Shown here: positions 58,240-64,000 of the stretch, piece after piece | How positions within the stretch are numbered: position 1 is the first letter of the stretch | How the letters are laid out: each line of letters opens with the position of its first letter | Origin: a virus | IMG/VR virus record: IMGVR_UViG_3300042516_003202 | DNA: 64,000 nucleotides | Direction: 5' to 3' (one strand) | Notes under the pieces: model-generated | Databases searched by the model: none | What the model was told of the DNA's origin: nothing | What the model saw: the letters and a program-made list of their open reading frames with translations, nothing else | Made by a program: the position numbers and the translations under genes

Positions 58240-58601
58240 TATGAAATCTCCTCATATGATATTACAATATCAATATCATTTGCCACACTTGCCTGAGCAC
58301 GAATTCCTACATTTTCTTCCACATAAAAATAACTTTCTTTAGTTGAAATTATCTGTGTAGAATCTGCTGGTACAGTTATTGTTCTTGCAATAAAAAAATC
58401 TACCGCATCCCTTAATATAGAAACGCTTATATCAGCATTATTTGCACCATCAACATTTGCTGCAAAAATACTATTAATCTTTAAAACTTTATTACTTCCA
58501 GATAAGTTTGTTAAAATACCAGTATTGTTATTGGTTGTAAGTTTTACCGATGTTGTAACTCCAACAATAGTAGTAGGATTTTTTAGATTTGGTGCTGCCA
58601 T
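58239..58601 (-). CDS. Small conserved virion-associated protein (120 aa)
   Basis: MAAPNL...VLKINSIFAANVDG..NADISV...TITVPADST...SYEEIS; similar to 5393..5752. Confidence 0.65.
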   Translation of the reverse strand: MAAPNLKNPTTIVGVTTSVKLTTNNNTGILTNLSGSNKVLKINSIFAANVDGANNADISVSILRDAVDFFIARTITVPADSTQIISTKESYFYVEENVGIRAQASVANDIDIVISYEEIS

Positions 58602-58602
58602 T

Positions 58603-61600
58603 TTAGAAAATCATCCCCATCATTACTGGACTTATATCGGGAGTTCCCGCTCCTCCGCCTGTTATATTTATTGTTGCAATTCCTGAAGAAACTGTTACTG
58701 TAGAAACACCAGGACCTTCAAAACTCAAATAAGTAGTAAATCCAACAAATCCACCACTTGTTGAAATTCCAAAACCACTTACTCCAATATTAACTTGTTG
58801 TGGTGTTGGACCAAACTCAACCCACTGCTGCGAATCACCATCATCAAACCAAGTATATGTAATTCCATCATCTTCATCAATCCAATAATCACCAGAAACT
58901 GTAGAAATATTAGGTGGAGATGATGATCGGAAAACTCTAAATCCTCCACCAAGTCCCTGAGTTCCTTGTCCAGCATAAAGACCATCAATACCTTGCGTTC
59001 CTTGAGTTCCATTTATACCAATAGAACCTGCAAGTCCTTGCAATCCTTGTGTTCCTTGTCCAGCATAAAGACCATCAATACCTTGCGTTCCTTGAGAACC
59101 TTGAGATCCTGGAATTCCTAATCCCTGAGTTCCTTGAAGTCCTTGTGCATCAAATGCACCTCTAAGTCCTTGAGAACCTTGAGATCCATCCAATCCAACA
59201 CCTTGAAGACCTTGAGTTCCTTGTCCAGCATAAAGACCATCAATACCTTGCGTTCCCTGAGAACCTTGAATACCTATTGGTCCTATAATTCCCTGATTAC
59301 CTTGAATCCCTTGATTACCTAAAGATCCCTGAACACCTTGAATACCTTGAGATCCTTGAACGGATAAACCTTGTAAACCTTGAACAGATAAACCCTGAGA
59401 ACCTTGAGAACCAATACCTTTATCACCTTGAAGACCTTGAGCACCTTGTGTTCCAGTTCCCCCACTAAATCCTTGAAGTCCTTGAATTCCTTGTTGCCCC
59501 AAATCATTAACTGAAATAGTTCCAGCCATAGAAGAATGATATTGGCAATTATAATATAAAGTGTTTGGAGCATCAAAAGGAACTACAAATGTTATTGTCC
59601 CATTATCAATTCCATTATTCGTAACTCCAGTATTATAAGCATCTCCAGTTCCAGTGGTTTGTGAAGTTTTAATCCAGAAAGGATGCCCAGACGCACTGAC
59701 AACAAATTGATAAGTAAATCCTCTTGCTAAAATCAAAGTTGGATTATTTTGAGAATTTATAGTGTAAGAAGATGCTCCAGAATTATAAACATTATAAGAA
59801 ATATTACCAACTACTCCCTGTGATCCAAGTTCACCTTGAAGACCTTGAGAACCTTGAGATCCAATTATACCTTGTGTTCCTTGAGATCCTTGAGCACCAA
59901 TAGTTCCTTGAGTTCCTTGAGCACCAATAGTTCCTTGAGTTCCTTGAGTTCCTTGAGATCCTTGAGAACCGATAGTTCCTTGCAAACCTTGAGAACCTTG
60001 TGAACCAATTATACCCTGTGTTCCTTGCAAACCTTGAGATCCAAGTTCACCTTGAAGACCTTGAGAACCTTGAGATCCAATTATACCTTGTGTTCCTTGA
60101 GATCCTTGAGAACCAATGATTCCCTGAGTTCCTTGCGAACCTTGAGATCCAATAGTTCCTTGAGTTCCTTGAGTTCCTTGAGATCCAAGTTCACCTTGAA
60201 GACCTTGAGAACCTTGAGATCCAATTATACCTTGTGTTCCTTGAGTTCCTTGAGATCCAAGTTCACCTTGAAGACCTTGAGATCCTTGAGAACCAATGAT
60301 TCCCTGAGTTCCTTGCGAACCTTGAGATCCAATAGTTCCTTGAGTTCCTTGAGTTCCTTGAGATCCAAGTTCACCTTGAAGACCTTGAGATCCTTGAGAA
60401 CCAATGATTCCCTGAATTCCCTGTGAACCTTGTGATCCAATAATACCTTGAGTTCCTTGAGTTCCCTGAGCACCAGTTGGTCCAGTTGCTCCCCCAGCTC
60501 CACCAGATAGAAGATTAGTTGTTACACCGATACCTAATGCAGTTACGTCCCAATATCCACCTCTATTAGTTCCACCAGTTTCAAAAATTCTAACTTTATT
60601 TTCGTAAATATCAATTGTAATGCCAGTATCAATTGATGTACTTGATGCTGGTTTATTGAGTTTTATTTCACCACCTTCACTACCAGAAGATTGTGTTGAT
60701 TCTAGAATTGGAGATTTTAATGTTGTACCATCAAAAGTAAGATTTGATTCGCCATTAAATGGTGTATTAGAATCTCCAGTAGCAGTAACTACGTAATTAT
60801 TTGTATTATTTGTAATTGCAGTTGCTGCAGAGGATCCTTGAGTTCCCTGCGAACCTTGTGATCCAGTTAGTCCTTGAGTTCCTTGAGAACCTTGGGAACC
60901 GATAAGACCTTGAGTTCCCTGAGCACCTTGAGAACCAATAACACCTTGAGTTCCCTGCGAACCTTGTGATCCAGTTAGTCCTTGAGTTCCTTGGGAACCT
61001 TGGGAACCGATAAGACCTTGAGTTCCCTGTAAACCTTGCGTTCCTATTGTTCCTTGAGTTCCCTGAGCACCTTGAGAACCGATAAGACCTTGAGTTCCTT
61101 GTGAACCTTGCGAACCGATAACACCTTGTGTTCCCTGAGCACCTTGAGAACCTTGCGTTCCTATTGTTCCTTGAGTTCCCTGAGCACCTTGAGAACCGAT
61201 AAAACCTTGAGTTCCCTGAGTTCCTTGAAGTCCCTGCAAACCAGCAGCATAAGGGGTTGTCCAAGAAACTCCTCCGCCAGTAGAAGTTAAAATAGATCCA
61301 GCAGCACCAACACTATTAGATCTATCTTTAAGACCACCATCTAATTCTATTGTACCACTAAAAGTAGAAACACCAGAAACATTTAATTGTCCCAATGTTC
61401 CAACAGAAGTCAATGATGAATTAACGACTCCAGTACCAAGAGTATTTTTATCTTCAAAAACATTAGATCCGTTAATTTTGTAAGTTTTTGTATTATCAAG
61501 ATTAAAGTTTTCACTTGATTTTAATGAACTATTAACATTATCCCAAGTTAAAGTTTTTCTTATATTAGTAGATCCAATACCAATACCAGCACCATCAAGA

Positions 61601-63999
61601 AGTGCATTGGTTCCTATTGTTGTTGCTATACCAACATTAAAATCTGCAAGTTCAATTATAGTTGAATTAATGTAAGTCTGAGTTCCATCAACATATAAAT
61701 CACCCTTAATTCTTACAGATCCAGTATTATCACCAACTGCTGATGGATCAATTGTAATTTCTGAAGGACCGATAATAGTATTTGTATTAATACCAATTCC
61801 GGAAGCACCACCAATCTGAACTGTTGACGTTGCCTTATCAAAGGTAAAGTTAGAAGATGCTCCAGCAGTATTATTATCATTAAATATAATTTCAGTATTT
61901 GATCCTGCTATTGGACCAATAATACCTTGAGTTCCTTGAGAACCAATAACACCTTGAGTTCCCTGTGAACCTTGGGAACCGATAAGACCTTGAGTTCCCT
62001 GTGAACCTTGGGAACCGACAAGACCTTGAGTTCCCTGTAAACCTTGCGTTCCTATTGTGCCTTGAGTTCCCTGTAAACCTTGCGTTCCTATTGTGCCTTG
62101 AGTTCCCTGAGCACCTTGTGATCCAGTTAGTCCTTGAGTTCCTTGGGAACCTTGTGATCCAGTTAGTCCTTGAGTTCCTTGGGAACCTTGTGATCCAGTT
62201 ACTCCTTGGGTTCCCTGAGCACCTTGAGAACCGATAAGACCTTGAGTTCCTTGCGAACCTTGCGATCCAATTACTCCTTGGGTTCCCTGAGCACCTTGAG
62301 AACCGATAAGACCTTGAGTTCCTTGCGAACCTTGCGATCCTATTGTTCCTATTGTGCCTTGAGTTCCTTGCGATCCTTGCGATCCTATTGTTCCTATTGT
62401 GCCTTGAGTTCCTTGTGAACCTTGCGAACCGATAAGACCTTGAGTTCCTTGCGATCCTTGCGATCCTATTGTTCCTGTTGTGCCTTGAGTTCCCTGAGCA
62501 CCTTGAGATCCATTAATTCCTTGTAATCCCTGCGAACCTTGAGAACCGATAACTCCCTGAAGACCTTGAAAACCTTGGGAACCAATAATACCTTGAATTC
62601 CTTGCGATCCCTGAACACCTTGAGAACCTGTAGATCCTACACCTACAATAGTTGAAAATGTTATTGTTTTAGGATCTGTCGCTTTAGTTGTTATTGCAAT
62701 TCCAGGTCCAGCAATAAACTCTACAGTATCTTCGGCAACTGCAACTAAAGAATCTTGTCCAGCAACATTCCAAGTTTTAAAACTACTTCCAAGTTGGACA
62801 AAAACTTCACCGCTACCCAAATCGGTAACTGCAAATCCAGTATTCCTATCAAATCTAATAGCACTTACATTTGTTACAGCATCAGTACTATTAATTCCAG
62901 AATACCCAGATCTAGTACTTACAGTTAAAGAAGGTGCAGCAGATCCTTGAATGCCTTGAATTCCTTGTAAACCAATAACTCCCTGAGTTCCTTGAGAACC
63001 TTGTGATCCTGTTGTTCCTTGAGTTCCTTGAGTTCCCTGCAAACCTTGAGAACCAATTATACCTTGTGTTCCCTGAACACCTTGAGAACCAATTATGCCT
63101 TGTGTTCCCTGAACACCTTGAGAACCAATTATGCCTTGTGTTCCCTGAACACCTTGAGAACCAATAGTTCCTTGAGTTCCTTGTGAACCTTGAGAACCAA
63201 TAGTTCCTTGAGTTCCCTGAGCACCTTGAGAACCTTGGAATCCTTGAGATCCAATCGTACCTTGCGTTCCTTGGTCTCCTTTGGATCCCTGAAGTCCTTG
63301 AGGTCCTCTTACAGTTCCCACATTGTTCCATATTACACCATCATAAACCCAAAGATTTCCAGTATTGCTATCAATTACACCATCACCAGGAGAAGGAGGA
63401 TACCAAGAATTTCCAGAAGCATTAAGTTGAGTTTGCTCATTTCCTACAGTTAATCCTAACGATCCAACAATAGATACAGAAGTTCCATCATTACCACGTT
63501 GCCCAACTAATCCCTGAAAACCTTGAGATCCTATTACTCCCTGAAGACCTTGAGAACCTTGAGAACCAATAGTTCCTTGAGTTCCCTGAGCACCTTGAGA
63601 ACCTTGAAAACCTTGCGATCCAATCGTTCCCTGAGTTCCTTGGATTCCCTGAGAACCAACAGTTCCTTGCGAACCTTGAGAACCTTGAGATCCAATTTGC
63701 CCCTGAAGACCTTGAGAACCTTGGGAACCAATAGTTCCCTGTAGACCTTGAGAACCTTGATTACCTATTTGCCCTTGAAGACCTTGAGATCCCTGAGAAC
63801 CAACAGTTCCTTGAGTTCCTTGGAATCCCTGAGAACCGATAACACCTTGAGTTCCTTGAGATCCCTGAGAACCAACAGTTCCTTGAGTTCCTTGAGTTCC
63901 TTGAGAACCTTGATTACCTATTTGCCCTTGAAGACCTTGAGATCCCTGAGAACCAACAGTTCCTTGAGTTCCTTGGAATCCCTGAGAACCGATAACACC
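58603..63999 (-). CDS. Giant collagen-like fibre protein (at least 1798 aa; 5' end beyond the window) with globular inserts including a cupredoxin-like domain
   Basis: The frame stays open upstream of the track's GTG at 63321 (...GSQGFQGLVGQRGNDGTSVSIVGSL...GNLWVYDGVIWNNVGTVRGPQG) to the window end; six G-X-Q tracts separated by globular domains. Confidence 0.85.
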   Translation of the reverse strand, partial: GVIGSQGFQGTQGTVGSQGSQGLQGQIGNQGSQGTQGTQGTVGSQGSQGTQGVIGSQGFQGTQGTVGSQGSQGLQGQIGNQGSQGLQGTIGSQGSQGLQGQIGSQGSQGSQGTVGSQGIQGTQGTIGSQGFQGSQGAQGTQGTIGSQGSQGLQGVIGSQGFQGLVGQRGNDGTSVSIVGSLGLTVGNEQTQLNASGNSWYPPSPGDGVIDSNTGNLWVYDGVIWNNVGTVRGPQGLQGSKGDQGTQGTIGSQGFQGSQGAQGTQGTIGSQGSQGTQGTIGSQGVQGTQGIIGSQGVQGTQGIIGSQGVQGTQGIIGSQGLQGTQGTQGTTGSQGSQGTQGVIGLQGIQGIQGSAAPSLTVSTRSGYSGINSTDAVTNVSAIRFDRNTGFAVTDLGSGEVFVQLGSSFKTWNVAGQDSLVAVAEDTVEFIAGPGIAITTKATDPKTITFSTIVGVGSTGSQGVQGSQGIQGIIGSQGFQGLQGVIGSQGSQGLQGINGSQGAQGTQGTTGTIGSQGSQGTQGLIGSQGSQGTQGTIGTIGSQGSQGTQGTIGTIGSQGSQGTQGLIGSQGAQGTQGVIGSQGSQGTQGLIGSQGAQGTQGVTGSQGSQGTQGLTGSQGSQGTQGLTGSQGAQGTQGTIGTQGLQGTQGTIGTQGLQGTQGLVGSQGSQGTQGLIGSQGSQGTQGVIGSQGTQGIIGPIAGSNTEIIFNDNNTAGASSNFTFDKATSTVQIGGASGIGINTNTIIGPSEITIDPSAVGDNTGSVRIKGDLYVDGTQTYINSTIIELADFNVGIATTIGTNALLDGAGIGIGSTNIRKTLTWDNVNSSLKSSENFNLDNTKTYKINGSNVFEDKNTLGTGVVNSSLTSVGTLGQLNVSGVSTFSGTIELDGGLKDRSNSVGAAGSILTSTGGGVSWTTPYAAGLQGLQGTQGTQGFIGSQGAQGTQGTIGTQGSQGAQGTQGVIGSQGSQGTQGLIGSQGAQGTQGTIGTQGLQGTQGLIGSQGSQGTQGLTGSQGSQGTQGVIGSQGAQGTQGLIGSQGSQGTQGLTGSQGSQGTQGSSAATAITNNTNNYVVTATGDSNTPFNGESNLTFDGTTLKSPILESTQSSGSEGGEIKLNKPASSTSIDTGITIDIYENKVRIFETGGTNRGGYWDVTALGIGVTTNLLSGGAGGATGPTGAQGTQGTQGIIGSQGSQGIQGIIGSQGSQGLQGELGSQGTQGTQGTIGSQGSQGTQGIIGSQGSQGLQGELGSQGTQGTQGIIGSQGSQGLQGELGSQGTQGTQGTIGSQGSQGTQGIIGSQGSQGTQGIIGSQGSQGLQGELGSQGLQGTQGIIGSQGSQGLQGTIGSQGSQGTQGTQGTIGAQGTQGTIGAQGSQGTQGIIGSQGSQGLQGELGSQGVVGNISYNVYNSGASSYTINSQNNPTLILARGFTYQFVVSASGHPFWIKTSQTTGTGDAYNTGVTNNGIDNGTITFVVPFDAPNTLYYNCQYHSSMAGTISVNDLGQQGIQGLQGFSGGTGTQGAQGLQGDKGIGSQGSQGLSVQGLQGLSVQGSQGIQGVQGSLGNQGIQGNQGIIGPIGIQGSQGTQGIDGLYAGQGTQGLQGVGLDGSQGSQGLRGAFDAQGLQGTQGLGIPGSQGSQGTQGIDGLYAGQGTQGLQGLAGSIGINGTQGTQGIDGLYAGQGTQGLGGGFRVFRSSSPPNISTVSGDYWIDEDDGITYTWFDDGDSQQWVEFGPTPQQVNIGVSGFGISTSGGFVGFTTYLSFEGPGVSTVTVSSGIATINITGGGAGTPDISPVMMGMIF

Positions 64000-64000
64000 T

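Overview
This window is part of the genome of an AT-rich T4-like cyanomyovirus, probably a phage of freshwater picocyanobacteria. Almost all genes are on the minus strand; gp4, gp2-like, gp48 and gp53 (27.4-29.9 kb) are on the plus strand. Layout: (1) 0-15 kb and 48-64 kb hold very large virion fibre/adhesin genes, with proline-poor (G-X-Q)n collagen, reelin-like repeats, two ALK/LTK-type glycine-rich domains, a 20-blade propeller-repeat protein and a cupredoxin-like insert. (2) 15-30 kb is the baseplate/tail module: split gp5, gp27-like hub, two tape-measure-like proteins (one with lysozyme and M23 domains), gp51, gp26, gp54-like, gp4, gp2-like, gp48, gp53. (3) 30-37 kb is the cyanophage core block gp32, DUF1825, gp59, gp33, exonuclease, phoH, thyX, glutaredoxin. 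Two accessory systems stand out. One is a compact nitrogen-sensing unit at 34.8-35.3 kb: a perfect NtcA box, a sigma70 promoter, a glutamine-riboswitch-like (glnA/Downstream-peptide) RNA, a DUF4278 YRG peptide and two more micro-ORFs, bounded by terminators. The other is a 12-gene glycan-modification operon at 37.0-47.8 kb built around a form IV RuBisCO-like protein, with a cupin, a nucleotidyltransferase, a GDPD-like protein, two WavE proteins, glycosyltransferases, an FkbM methyltransferase and a GH130-like propeller. All family calls come from motif recognition by eye; no database searches were run. I saw no tRNA, rRNA, CRISPR array, integrase or reverse transcriptase.
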